Below are positions 47,942 to 57,730 of a DNA stretch of 64,000 nt, piece after piece. This DNA comes from an uncultured Verrucomicrobiae bacterium. GTDB taxonomy: Bacteria > Verrucomicrobiota > Verrucomicrobiia > Limisphaerales > Palsa-1400. Where the stretch lies: the NCBI GenBank assembly GCA_963764165.1, contig CAVXRD010000001.1:992001-1056000 (forward strand), given 5' to 3'. How positions within the stretch are numbered: the first letter of the stretch is position 1; each line of letters begins with the position of its first letter. The translations under genes and the position numbers were made by a program. The notes under the pieces were generated by a model. That model was given only the letters and a program-made list of their open reading frames with translations, made no database searches and had not been told where the DNA came from.

Positions 47942-48190
47942 CGCGAAAACCAAGGGTGCAATAGGGTGCAATAGGGTGCAATAGGGTGCAATAGGGTGCA
48001 ATAGCGTGCAACGCCCCGGTCACAATTTATTGAGTCGCCCTTCCCGCAGGCCGTTAAAAAGCAGCCTCTCCCTGGCGCGGGAATCCGCAAAATATCAAAG
48101 AACACGCCCGGGCGGCGACAGGGAGAAACATAAGGGCGAAATGCCCTTGGTGTCAATTAATATTGCAATTACACGTTTGTGTGGTATTAT
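47942..48190. promoter_or_regulatory. conserved non-coding cassette, copy 2
   Basis: Same three blocks as 10789-11220; leftward TTGACA-N18-TATGTT (48156-48127); rightward TTGCAA-N16-TATTAT with TGn (48163-48190). Confidence 0.7.
47953..48012. repeat. 10-bp tandem repeat (AGGGTGCAAT)x5 + 1 degenerate unit
   Basis: Directly visible; three-unit version at 10801-10830. Confidence 0.95.
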
Positions 48191-48396
48191 GGATAGGATG
48201 ACAAGCCAAACATCAATTGTTCAGGCCGCGAGGGTCAGGAGCGTCGCGGGTGGAGGGCTCGTCCTTCACATCATTCCACGTCACTTAAATCCGACTATCA
48301 AATTTCACAACACAAACGTTTGCAGTCAAATTCTCTTTTGCGTATACTCAACACCGTCAAGACGGTTGGTGCGCTGACCGAATTTAAGCAAATCCC

Positions 48397-51300
48397 ATGA
48401 ATGCTCTTCGTTTCCATGGCAAACAACGTACACAGGCGGCGCTGTTGTCACTCATGTTGCTCGTTGTGGCGTCAGGAACCGCCCTTGCCCAAAGCGGGCC
48501 GCCCGAACTTCCTCCAATTCCCTTTAACGCGTGGAATTTTTACCCGCTGGAAAATCCGCCGTGGGCGGACTGGTTTGGAGATTTGCCGAGAGCCTCCACC
48601 AATCTCACGACCGCGCCAAGTTGGGATTATGACGGAACGGCCCTAAGCCTGGACACCAACGTCGCCTTTTTGCAGTTCGATTACTTTGAAGGCGGCGAAC
48701 CCGTCCTTTATTTCGACAACGGTTCACTTGCGTGCTGGGCGCAAATGAACTGGACATCTGTCACCGATGGCGGCACTGGCCCGAGCAATTGGGCAGTTTT
48801 AATTTCCATTGGCAATTGGACCTCCAACGCGGCTCAATCGGGCTGGACGATAGCGATCGATCCGGCGGGCACGAACCTTGTCATGGAAGCCCAAGCGTCC
48901 GGCTCGAATCAGATGGTGTTCAAAACGCCTATCGATTTTGACGAAGGCGACTGGCACTTCGTCACGATGACGTATTCACCGTCCAACAGTTGGCTGTATT
49001 TGGAGGGCCAGCCGGTGTGCAGCAATGGCCCGATTCTTTATCAGCCGTCACGTGCCGACTGCACGAACTACGGTTTTTTTGTTGGAAGCCTCTCCACGTC
49101 TGGAATTGATACCCTGCAAGGGCAAATGCAATGGCTGGCCACTTACGATTACCAGTTAAGCTCCAACGAAGTCTCTGACGCCTACGCTGCGCAATCGGCC
49201 TACATCACTTATTGGGGCGGAAGCTTGCCGCCCATTGGATTCGGCGGTGGTGGCTCTCATTTGGACGCTGATCCGCCTGCGCCGGGCGGCACCAATGTCA
49301 GCACCAATTATAGCGGCGGCGGTTATGGCGACACGAATGGGTTTACTCCACCTGCGCCAATTTCGACAACCAACTACGCCGATTACGCGATGTCTTATTT
49401 GACGATAACGAACAGTGGAGGATACGCCCACATCGCTGTCCAGAATTGCCTAAGCAATCTCATCTACGTGGTTTACACCAATTCGGATTTAGCCAACTCC
49501 AACGGCTGGGCGATCTGGCAGACCAACGTCGCCACAAACACCGCTATAATTTTACCCCCTATTGCAGATGCCACCAACGCTTTGTTCTTCACTTCCGCCC
49601 TCGTGCTGTTTACCGGCACAAACGGCTTGGCAGATTACTGGTGCATGGAATATTTTGGAACACTCAATGTAAATCCTTTTGCCGATCCCGACGGGGACGG
49701 CTTATGTAATCTCGACGAATTCACTTTAGGCCTAAACCCGACCAATGCTCACTCGATTTCCTCACTCCACAAAGACGCACAAGCACTTATCCTCGCATAC
49801 ACCAACGACTTGGCTGCCTCCAATCACCTATTTATCACGAACGCGACCGCGAACACGAACATCCTTTTAGTTACTTTCAGCCCGACCAAGATGGGAAGCA
49901 ATTATCAAATTTACAGCCAGGTGCAATCGGTGACGAACGGCCCTTGGATTGTGGAAACCAATTTCCTCGGCACAAATACATCGACCACGGTAGCCGTTTA
50001 TTTGAACGGGAGAAGCATTTCTTTGATAGGGGGTCTTGGTTGGGACACTGATGGAGATTCCCTGCCGGACGGATATGAAGTGCTCGCCACCCTTACCGAT
50101 CCGTATCTGCCTGATACCGGAATTACGGGAACCAGTGACGCCTACAAGGACCCGGACGCCGATGGGTATGTCAACATACAGGAGTATTACAACGGCACTG
50201 ATCCATTGGTGTTCAACTCACCCGCAGCACCGACGGGACTCTCCGTCACATTAAATAGCAATGGCTCCTGTGCGACGATTAGCTGGAGTTCGTCCGGGTC
50301 GGCCACAGGTTATACACTTCAACGCAATACCGGTTCAGGGTTCTCCACGATTGCCACTATCAGTGCGCCCGGCACTTTATACGAAGATTGTTCGCTGACT
50401 AGCGGTGTCAATGCAAGCTATCAATTGCTTGCCAATTATGCTCTGGGCACATCATCTCCGTCGGCTTTGGTGAACACACTGCTTAACAGCAATTACACTA
50501 CAAATGCGCTGATCGTACGTGGGCCGGGTGGAGCGCTCTACATAGTTGCCTCGGCGGTTTCGAGCCAAATAACCGCCTTTCGTGTCTTTCATACCAACGT
50601 GGCAGATTGTTATTATCCAATTGGTGAGGTGGATCCGGCTCCTTATTACTACGACGGCTCCTTTTCAAACGCTCCTACGCTCACCAATGGATATTTTGAC
50701 GTACCGATTACCGCCTTCACGAATGGCGTCTGCCAGCTAACCACAAATCAAGTGCCGCCGTACTGTGTGAACCAATTCAGTTTGCAGCCACGCGGCACCA
50801 ACGGAAGATATGGAGAAATAATACAACTCGGGCAAATAACGAGCGACACGGATCGAGCCGACTATGACATTCCGTTTTTTGACGGTCGCACCAACATCGC
50901 TCAGAATATCAAATTCCTCTTGCGGGTCTGTAATACGGAATCGCCATTTGTTATCAGCTACGACGGCTTTAATCTTTCGCAATACCCGGAATCCCCCTTC
51001 CCCAATTATGTGTTTGCGGGTTGGCACTTTATGAATGGCTACCAAAGTATTTCCGGCGCCGCCGAAATGGATGAGTTCTGGCCCTTCGAGGAAAACAACT
51101 ATTATTTAAACCTTTGCCCGTCTGTAATGACTTTCGACTCGTATGGAAACGCCACCTCAGGCGTCGATTGGAATGGAAATTTCGGGGATCCCGACGGTAC
51201 GTGGAACTTCGAGTACGAAACCGACGATGTGTTGAGCAAGTACTTCGATACGGTTGGACTGGTCTCTGGCAAGTCATCCCCTTCGCTGGCACCAGTATTG

Positions 51301-53670
51301 ACGGATTCCATATCGCAATGGATTTACACTTGGTGGGATGCTGATGCGTACAACGACGGCACTGGCACATTAACCGTGCCTACAGAGACAAATTTCTTTG
51401 GCCTGTCGTTAGATTCGCTTGAAGTGGGCAACCCCGGTCCGCTCACTGTCGTTTCCGCGGGAAGCTCAACAACCGCAACCGGAAATATTTTTGCCGACTT
51501 TGAGCAACCGACTCTCACATCCAACGGCTTTTACTTCGCCCGGCTGCACACTGAGCCTTTGCCCGGAGAGGATGGTTTCACCGGCACCAACCAGTTGCCT
51601 TCGCTGCTTCTCTTGCCCGTCGGCGGACAATTCTCAGTTACGGCCTGGGCGAGGCTGTTGTTGCAAAACGGACGCAGTAACATTAATGCCTATGCTGAAC
51701 AATATTTTGACAAAGCTTATCTTGCGGACACGAATGGGAGCCTCACCACCAATAAGACAGGCATTCTTTCAGAGTATGGTGAGTTTTTTGCGACTCAGCC
51801 GGGCGAGGTGCTGCTCACCACAAAGCCGGATGCAACGACCGGAGCGACCGGCCAATTGGCCGTTAATGTGATTAGGCTTTCGTTGGACGTTAACCATGAC
51901 GGCGTCATGGACGAAACATTTACAGGCCCCGATAATACTTCTGCGGGGAATCCCTTTGTGTTGTGGCTAAACAACAATTATGACCGCCTGACATACGACT
52001 CTGATGACAGTGCGTACTACGACGACGACGTCACTGCACAGGCGACAAATTCTGGCTGTCCATATGTTCCAAGCATATCCACGCCAGACTATGTTTACCG
52101 GGATATAGATGGTAACAGGATTATTCCCAACACGCGCGACCTTGAGGACTTCGCGCGTCTGTGGGTGTCTGGCGTCTCCAATACCTTGTCGCGGCTTCCA
52201 ACAGACAGTGCGGTCACTCTAAGCTGGGGCGACGTTGATGCTCCGAATACCGCGAATCCCACTATTGACATTTTTCAGGCTGCCGACGCTAATGGAGGCA
52301 TCGGTTATCTTACGAATGCGACTATCGCGAACCTACAGGCGAATAGCGCCTTTTACCATTATGTGGGCAGGCTGGCGCCCGGCGGCAGTCTCCAACTGAA
52401 CGGTTCAAGTTTTACCAATGGCTGGGCCGGCGACCATTACATTTTTTGTGGCGAGGCTACCGGGGTTGGACAGTTGTTCCTGACAATTTGCGATTCGAGC
52501 GGCGATATTTTGGCGCAGTCTTCTCAATACATCCAAATCACCGACATTAAGCAAATGTATGAACGGTGGACGGTCGGCGACACTCCCGCTGATCCCCCTT
52601 GGAACATCGCGCTTGTCGCGACGGACAACTACGGGCCGGGTGCCCCTACCAGTCAATTTACGTACACCTACAACCCGACGACCGACACAAATCTGCCGTA
52701 CATTCTCCTGGTGCATGGGTGGAATAATAGCATTCAGTCGAAGGATTACTTTGCAGAATGCGCCTTCAAACGATTATACTGGCAAGGTTTTCAGGGCCGC
52801 TTTGGCAGTTTCCGCTGGCCGACAGACTTCAATTTTAATGGCACTCTGATTGACGCAATGTTTCAACCACATAACTATGACAGCAGCGAACTCAGAGCTT
52901 GGCAATCGAGTGTTGGGCTTCTCAACAGGCTCACGGCACTTAATATTCAATACCCCGGTCACGTTTATCTTCTCGCTCACAGCATGGGAAATGTCGTTGC
53001 CGGCGAGGCGTTGCGACTGGCAGGAACCAATCAAGTTGTTAATACATATGTGGCAAGCCAAGCGGCGATACCAGCGCATGTGTATGACGGATCGGTGAGT
53101 GATCTAATCAATTTCGAGTATACGTCTTCGAAACTCCCGGATTGGCTCGTGGATTTGACATTGCCGTCTTATGGGCCGAGCACCCCAAACATTTACAGTA
53201 ACCGCTTGGCATCGAATAGTGCAGCGGTATCGCAGCGTATCAATTTCTATAATCCGAATGACTATGCACTGTCCTTAGATGCGTGGTGCTTCAATCAAGA
53301 GTTGAAGCCCGATTATTATCCTTATGGAATTTACGCTTATGCTGGAAGCACCAACGATCCGTCTCCTTGGAATCACTTTGAGTTTATCAAAATCCCAACC
53401 GGGGTTACGCTTTTTGACATTGTTTCCAATGTTAACGACCTCCACACGGTGATGGCCTTCGCGGCAGAGTCGCGGTCAATTCCTGTTGGCGCTGAGGGTG
53501 CCGTGGGCGGCTTGGACAATGTCAGTTTACCCACGATTTGGGGGAGCGACCCGTCTGGCCACAGCTTCAGCGACCACTTTTGGCATAGCGCACAGTTTCG
53601 GGGAGATTATTGGCAACAATACCCCTACTGGAATGCTCTTTTAAGTTCAGAGGGCTTTGGCCTAAAATGA
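48397..53670 (+). CDS. large secreted multidomain protein: LamG-like, DxDxDG repeats, FN3, C-terminal alpha/beta hydrolase (DUF900-like)
   Basis: Sec signal; WHFVTMTY...LYLEG; DPDGDGL/DTDGDSL/DPDADG; PAAPTGLSV...ISW; LVHGWN, FRWP, AHSMG, NPNDYAL, terminal WHS. Confidence 0.85.
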   Translation: MNALRFHGKQRTQAALLSLMLLVVASGTALAQSGPPELPPIPFNAWNFYPLENPPWADWFGDLPRASTNLTTAPSWDYDGTALSLDTNVAFLQFDYFEGGEPVLYFDNGSLACWAQMNWTSVTDGGTGPSNWAVLISIGNWTSNAAQSGWTIAIDPAGTNLVMEAQASGSNQMVFKTPIDFDEGDWHFVTMTYSPSNSWLYLEGQPVCSNGPILYQPSRADCTNYGFFVGSLSTSGIDTLQGQMQWLATYDYQLSSNEVSDAYAAQSAYITYWGGSLPPIGFGGGGSHLDADPPAPGGTNVSTNYSGGGYGDTNGFTPPAPISTTNYADYAMSYLTITNSGGYAHIAVQNCLSNLIYVVYTNSDLANSNGWAIWQTNVATNTAIILPPIADATNALFFTSALVLFTGTNGLADYWCMEYFGTLNVNPFADPDGDGLCNLDEFTLGLNPTNAHSISSLHKDAQALILAYTNDLAASNHLFITNATANTNILLVTFSPTKMGSNYQIYSQVQSVTNGPWIVETNFLGTNTSTTVAVYLNGRSISLIGGLGWDTDGDSLPDGYEVLATLTDPYLPDTGITGTSDAYKDPDADGYVNIQEYYNGTDPLVFNSPAAPTGLSVTLNSNGSCATISWSSSGSATGYTLQRNTGSGFSTIATISAPGTLYEDCSLTSGVNASYQLLANYALGTSSPSALVNTLLNSNYTTNALIVRGPGGALYIVASAVSSQITAFRVFHTNVADCYYPIGEVDPAPYYYDGSFSNAPTLTNGYFDVPITAFTNGVCQLTTNQVPPYCVNQFSLQPRGTNGRYGEIIQLGQITSDTDRADYDIPFFDGRTNIAQNIKFLLRVCNTESPFVISYDGFNLSQYPESPFPNYVFAGWHFMNGYQSISGAAEMDEFWPFEENNYYLNLCPSVMTFDSYGNATSGVDWNGNFGDPDGTWNFEYETDDVLSKYFDTVGLVSGKSSPSLAPVLTDSISQWIYTWWDADAYNDGTGTLTVPTETNFFGLSLDSLEVGNPGPLTVVSAGSSTTATGNIFADFEQPTLTSNGFYFARLHTEPLPGEDGFTGTNQLPSLLLLPVGGQFSVTAWARLLLQNGRSNINAYAEQYFDKAYLADTNGSLTTNKTGILSEYGEFFATQPGEVLLTTKPDATTGATGQLAVNVIRLSLDVNHDGVMDETFTGPDNTSAGNPFVLWLNNNYDRLTYDSDDSAYYDDDVTAQATNSGCPYVPSISTPDYVYRDIDGNRIIPNTRDLEDFARLWVSGVSNTLSRLPTDSAVTLSWGDVDAPNTANPTIDIFQAADANGGIGYLTNATIANLQANSAFYHYVGRLAPGGSLQLNGSSFTNGWAGDHYIFCGEATGVGQLFLTICDSSGDILAQSSQYIQITDIKQMYERWTVGDTPADPPWNIALVATDNYGPGAPTSQFTYTYNPTTDTNLPYILLVHGWNNSIQSKDYFAECAFKRLYWQGFQGRFGSFRWPTDFNFNGTLIDAMFQPHNYDSSELRAWQSSVGLLNRLTALNIQYPGHVYLLAHSMGNVVAGEALRLAGTNQVVNTYVASQAAIPAHVYDGSVSDLINFEYTSSKLPDWLVDLTLPSYGPSTPNIYSNRLASNSAAVSQRINFYNPNDYALSLDAWCFNQELKPDYYPYGIYAYAGSTNDPSPWNHFEFIKIPTGVTLFDIVSNVNDLHTVMAFAAESRSIPVGAEGAVGGLDNVSLPTIWGSDPSGHSFSDHFWHSAQFRGDYWQQYPYWNALLSSEGFGLK

Positions 53671-53673
53671 CTT

Positions 53674-54723
53674 GTGCATACGCGCCGATTCATGTCTGCG
53701 GCTCTCATGGCATTGCTATTCATTGCCTTGTTGATCTGGTTCTTCAGAATGCCTGTCGTCAAAACGCCGAATATGAGTCTTCCGACGGCTCAGGGTTCAA
53801 ACGCCGCGTTTTCTGCTAACACCAACGTGGTTGCTCATGGCCCTTCGACCGTAGCCACAGTTCGTTCTGTAGCCGTCTCTGTTCTCGACAAAACTTCGCA
53901 GGCTATGGGCGGTTTGGCCGCCATAAATGACGAAGAAATAAACTTTCGCGGCCAAGTGGTGGATCAATTCAACGCGCCTGTTGCCAATGCAACTATATTG
54001 GCGACAGTTCGCGTTAATAATGGAACACGCGTTGGAGCCGACCATTTCACTTTGACATCAGACAATAACGGATTGTTTTCAGTTACCGGACGCAGAGGCA
54101 AGGACTTGGAATTGATGATCAAGAAGGATGGGTATGTTCTCGGCACCGCACGGACTGTTTTCATTTATTCCCAAATGTGGCCAAAGTCCCAGCGATACGT
54201 GCCCGATCCAGACAAACCAACCGTGATCAAAATGTGGAAATTGCAAGGTGCTGGCCCTTTAGTGTCCATTAACCAAAATTACAAAGTTCCGTGCGTGACC
54301 ACGCCGATTGATTTTGATTTGGTCGCTGGTCAAGTTGTTCAGGCAGGTGGAGATATTAGGATTACCGTAGCCCGGCCTCAAGGAATTGTGTCACAGCAAT
54401 ATCCGCAAGACTGGGGCATTTCAGTTGCTGGTGTTGATGGAGGCTTAATCGAAACGACGTTTGAAGATGCAAACGTGACGTATAATCCCCCAACCGAAGG
54501 TTATCAGCCGAGCATTTCATTGCCCATGACGACCACAAACCATTGGTCAGGATCAATCGAGAAAACATTTTTCGTGAGCAGCAGAAATGGGCAGGTTCAC
54601 AGCAAAATTCATATTCTGTTTCACATTAACAGGAAAGCAGAGGACCCAATGGTCATTTCTTTCAAAGGTGTTGCGAGCACCAATGGCTCCGGTAATTGGG
54701 AAGCGAGCGCTCAAGCACAATGA
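53674..54723 (+). CDS. membrane-anchored carboxypeptidase-regulatory-like domain protein (candidate immunity partner)
   Basis: N-terminal TM; F.GQVVDQ..APV.NA.I, SD.NG.F.V.G, K.GY prealbumin-like motifs; starts 3 nt after upstream stop. Confidence 0.7.
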   Translation: MHTRRFMSAALMALLFIALLIWFFRMPVVKTPNMSLPTAQGSNAAFSANTNVVAHGPSTVATVRSVAVSVLDKTSQAMGGLAAINDEEINFRGQVVDQFNAPVANATILATVRVNNGTRVGADHFTLTSDNNGLFSVTGRRGKDLELMIKKDGYVLGTARTVFIYSQMWPKSQRYVPDPDKPTVIKMWKLQGAGPLVSINQNYKVPCVTTPIDFDLVAGQVVQAGGDIRITVARPQGIVSQQYPQDWGISVAGVDGGLIETTFEDANVTYNPPTEGYQPSISLPMTTTNHWSGSIEKTFFVSSRNGQVHSKIHILFHINRKAEDPMVISFKGVASTNGSGNWEASAQAQ

Positions 54724-54842
54724 CTAAAGTCATCCATTAACTCGCGCATCGATTTCCTCACCGTCATGATTCTCATTCATGTAAACTCGAACGCCTCAAG
54801 TCGTCGGAAGCGAACAAATTGACTTTTCTGCCTCGCGTGACC

Positions 54843-55079
54843 TCAAATCCCGCGAAAAAATTCTGCCACAGGTACCCCGACTTCCCTGGCAATCCGCATC
54901 AACGCCTCAATGGAGATGATTTTCTCTCCGCGCTCCACTTCTCCGATGTATTTCCAGTTGAGATCAACTTTTTCGGCGAGCATCTCTTGGGTCAGCTTCG
55001 CTTCCTTCCGGTAGCGGCGAATCGCTGCACCAATTATTTTCCGATGCGGTAAAATGGTCTTCGGTTTGGTTTTGCCCGC
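54843..55079 (-). pseudogene. XRE-family HTH regulator lacking a canonical start codon
   Basis: Translation IGAAIRRYRKEAKLTQEMLAEKVDLNWKYIGEVERGEKIISIEALMRIAREVGV; in-frame TAA upstream with no ATG/GTG/TTG before the HTH; GCG at the expected start. Confidence 0.75.
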
Positions 55080-55267
55080 GGTGAGCCGTAGTTAGGCAAA
55101 ATCCTCCTCATCGGAAGGGTTCAGACCCACATAATCACATATTTATTCCGCTGCTGGTTCAATCGTTGCGGGCTGAATCGGAACCATGTTCGATCCGGCC
55201 CCGTTTGAGGATTTCCATCAGCGCCAGTCCGAATTAACGATGCGCGTGAAGCCCACTTCAGTCTCTT

Positions 55268-55348
55268 TTCCTGAGTTCGGTTGTTCCAGATTAATTTGCA
55301 TCCCCAGCTTCCGGGCGCGTCTTTTCCTGATTTCGTGAGTTCCAGATT
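55268..55348. repeat. periodic repeat family E, two direct copies
   Basis: TTCCTGAGTTCGGTTGTTCCAGATT and TTCCTGATTTCGTGAGTTCCAGATT. Confidence 0.75.
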
Positions 55349-55441
55349 CAATGGATTCTCCACCCCGCTCTTCCACCGCCGTCATTTCCAGTTTGACGTT
55401 TGGGAAATCTCACCGCAAGGTCTTATGGCTTTGTCATTGGA

Positions 55442-57610
55442 ATGAAAACAGTCTTGTTTGTCTGCACTGGGAACATCTGCCGCAGCCCGATGGCCGAAGG
55501 GCTTTTCCGCCATGCAACTCGTGGACGGACGGATTGCCGCGTCATGTCGGCGGGCGTCGGCGCCATGGAGGGCCAACCGCCCAGCACCCACGCCGTCCGC
55601 GCGCTCAAGGAATTGGGCATCGATATTTCCCATCTCCGCAGCCGGATGCTGACTTCCGCCATTGTCGACGAGGCTGATTACATTTTCGGCATGACCCACA
55701 GCCATGTCGATTCGATCAATTTGCTCTTCCCCCAAGCGGCGGAAAAGACGTTCCTGCTCCGCGAATTTGACGAAACGCTGGATGAATTTGAAAAAGACAT
55801 CAGCGATCCCATTGGCGGCTCCTACGAGACGTACGCTTATTGCCGCGACCAGATCGAGCAGGGCATTTTCGCGATGCTGAATTTCATTGAGCAATCGGAG
55901 CAAAGGCACGAAGAAGCGGGCGCGGATGTCTCCTGCCGCATGGCGCTGGGCAGCGATCACGCCGGATTTCAATTGAAGGAGACGCTCAAGTCTTACCTCA
56001 TGGGCCATCATGCCGCCGTCACCGATGTCGGCACCAGCACGCCGGAGACGTGCGATTACACGGATTACGCCCAGGCGGTGGCGGAAGCGGTGTCTTCGGG
56101 GCGGGTGGAATTTGGCCTGCTGGTCTGCTCGACGGGCATCGGGATGAGCATGGCGGCGAACAAAATTCCGGGCGTCCGCGCGGCGCTGGTCACGGATGAG
56201 CGCACCGCCGCCCTTTCCCGCCAGCACAATGACGCCAATGTCCTCTGCCTCGGCGCGACAGTCGTCTCGCCGGAGGAGGCCAAAAAGATAGTGGACACTT
56301 TTCTTTCGGCCAAATTTGAAGGCGGGCGCCATGAGCGTCGCGTCGCGAAAATGGAATCATCCGTTTTCTCGGGCGGCCGCCACGTCCAGGCCGTCGATCC
56401 CGATATTGCCAACGCGATTTTTCTGGAAAGCCAGCGGCAGCAGGAAAACATCGAATTGATCGCCAGCGAGAATTTCACCAGCGCGGCGGTCATGGAAGCG
56501 CAAGGCTCCGTCCTGACAAATAAATACGCGGAAGGTTATCCTGGCAGGCGCTGGTACGGTGGCTGTGAATTTGTCGACGTGGTGGAGCGCCTGGCCATTG
56601 ACCGGGCGAAGCAGATTTTCGGAGCGGAACACGCCAACGTCCAGCCCCATTCCGGGAGCGGCGCGAACATGGCGGTCTATTTTTCCGTCCTCAAGCCGGG
56701 CGACAAAATGCTGACGATGGACCTGAGCCACGGCGGACATTTGACCCACGGCAACAAGGCGAATTTTTCGGGCCGCTTCTTCGAAATCGTCCATTACGGC
56801 GTGCGCAAGGAGGACGAGACGATTGATTACGATCAATTGCAGAAAATGGCCGAGGAGCACCGCCCGCGCATGATCACCGTCGGAGCCAGCGCGTATTCGC
56901 GGATCATCGATTTTCAGCGCATGGGCGAAATCGCGCGCTCCATCGGCGCGTATTTGCTGGCGGACATTGCGCACATCGCGGGCCTGGTGGCGGCGGGGTT
57001 GCATCCCAGCCCGATTGAGCACGCGGATTTTGTCACGACGACCACGCACAAGACGCTGCGCGGGCCGCGCGGCGGCTTGATTTTGTGCAAGGAGAAATAC
57101 GCCAAGGAAATCGATTCCCAGGCGTTCCCCGGAATTCAAGGCGGGCCGCTGATGCACGTCATCGCGGCCAAGGCGGTCTGCTTCCACGAGGCGCTGCAGC
57201 CCGGCTTCCGCGTCTATCAGCAGCAGATCATTGACAACGCCAAGGCGCTGGCGGCGGGTATGCTGGCAAATAAATTCCGCCTGGTCAGCGGCGGCACGGA
57301 CAACCATGTGATGATGGTGGATGTCGGCAGCCGCGGCTTGACAGGCAAGGAATGCCAGATCGCGCTGGACGAGGCCGGCATCACTGTCAATAAAAACACC
57401 ATTCCGTTCGAGACGCGCTCGCCCTTCCTGGCCAGCGGCATCCGCCTCGGCACGCCGGCGGTTACGACCCGCGGGATGAAAGAGGGCGAGATGGCCGCCA
57501 TTGCCGACATGATCAGCGAGGTTTTGCTTGATATTAAGAACCTTGACACGGCCCATCAGGTAAGACAACGTGTCAGAGAATTAACGGCAAGATACCCCTT
57601 GCCTTATTAG
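55442..57610 (+). CDS. glyA: triple fusion: LMW protein phosphatase - ribose-5-phosphate isomerase B - serine hydroxymethyltransferase
   Basis: CTGNICRS...[52 protein letters not shown] in one uninterrupted frame. Confidence 0.95.
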   Translation: MKTVLFVCTGNICRSPMAEGLFRHATRGRTDCRVMSAGVGAMEGQPPSTHAVRALKELGIDISHLRSRMLTSAIVDEADYIFGMTHSHVDSINLLFPQAAEKTFLLREFDETLDEFEKDISDPIGGSYETYAYCRDQIEQGIFAMLNFIEQSEQRHEEAGADVSCRMALGSDHAGFQLKETLKSYLMGHHAAVTDVGTSTPETCDYTDYAQAVAEAVSSGRVEFGLLVCSTGIGMSMAANKIPGVRAALVTDERTAALSRQHNDANVLCLGATVVSPEEAKKIVDTFLSAKFEGGRHERRVAKMESSVFSGGRHVQAVDPDIANAIFLESQRQQENIELIASENFTSAAVMEAQGSVLTNKYAEGYPGRRWYGGCEFVDVVERLAIDRAKQIFGAEHANVQPHSGSGANMAVYFSVLKPGDKMLTMDLSHGGHLTHGNKANFSGRFFEIVHYGVRKEDETIDYDQLQKMAEEHRPRMITVGASAYSRIIDFQRMGEIARSIGAYLLADIAHIAGLVAAGLHPSPIEHADFVTTTTHKTLRGPRGGLILCKEKYAKEIDSQAFPGIQGGPLMHVIAAKAVCFHEALQPGFRVYQQQIIDNAKALAAGMLANKFRLVSGGTDNHVMMVDVGSRGLTGKECQIALDEAGITVNKNTIPFETRSPFLASGIRLGTPAVTTRGMKEGEMAAIADMISEVLLDIKNLDTAHQVRQRVRELTARYPLPY

Positions 57611-57730
57611 CAGAGTTGGGCAAAATCCCCGAATTGGCCGCCGGTTTGAACGAAATCAATTCTTCCGCATCCAATGGGTTAGAAGAAACAGGGGCCGCTC
57701 AATCCTCAATTTAGAATTTACATACAAGTT

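Noticed and set aside
47953..48012. Possible CRISPR or other spacer-containing array
   Set aside because: Units are 10 bp and contiguous with no spacers; no cas genes in the window
48198..48377. Possible leaderless ORF right after the rightward promoter of cassette copy 2
   Set aside because: No recognisable motif and no counterpart of similar sequence after copy 1
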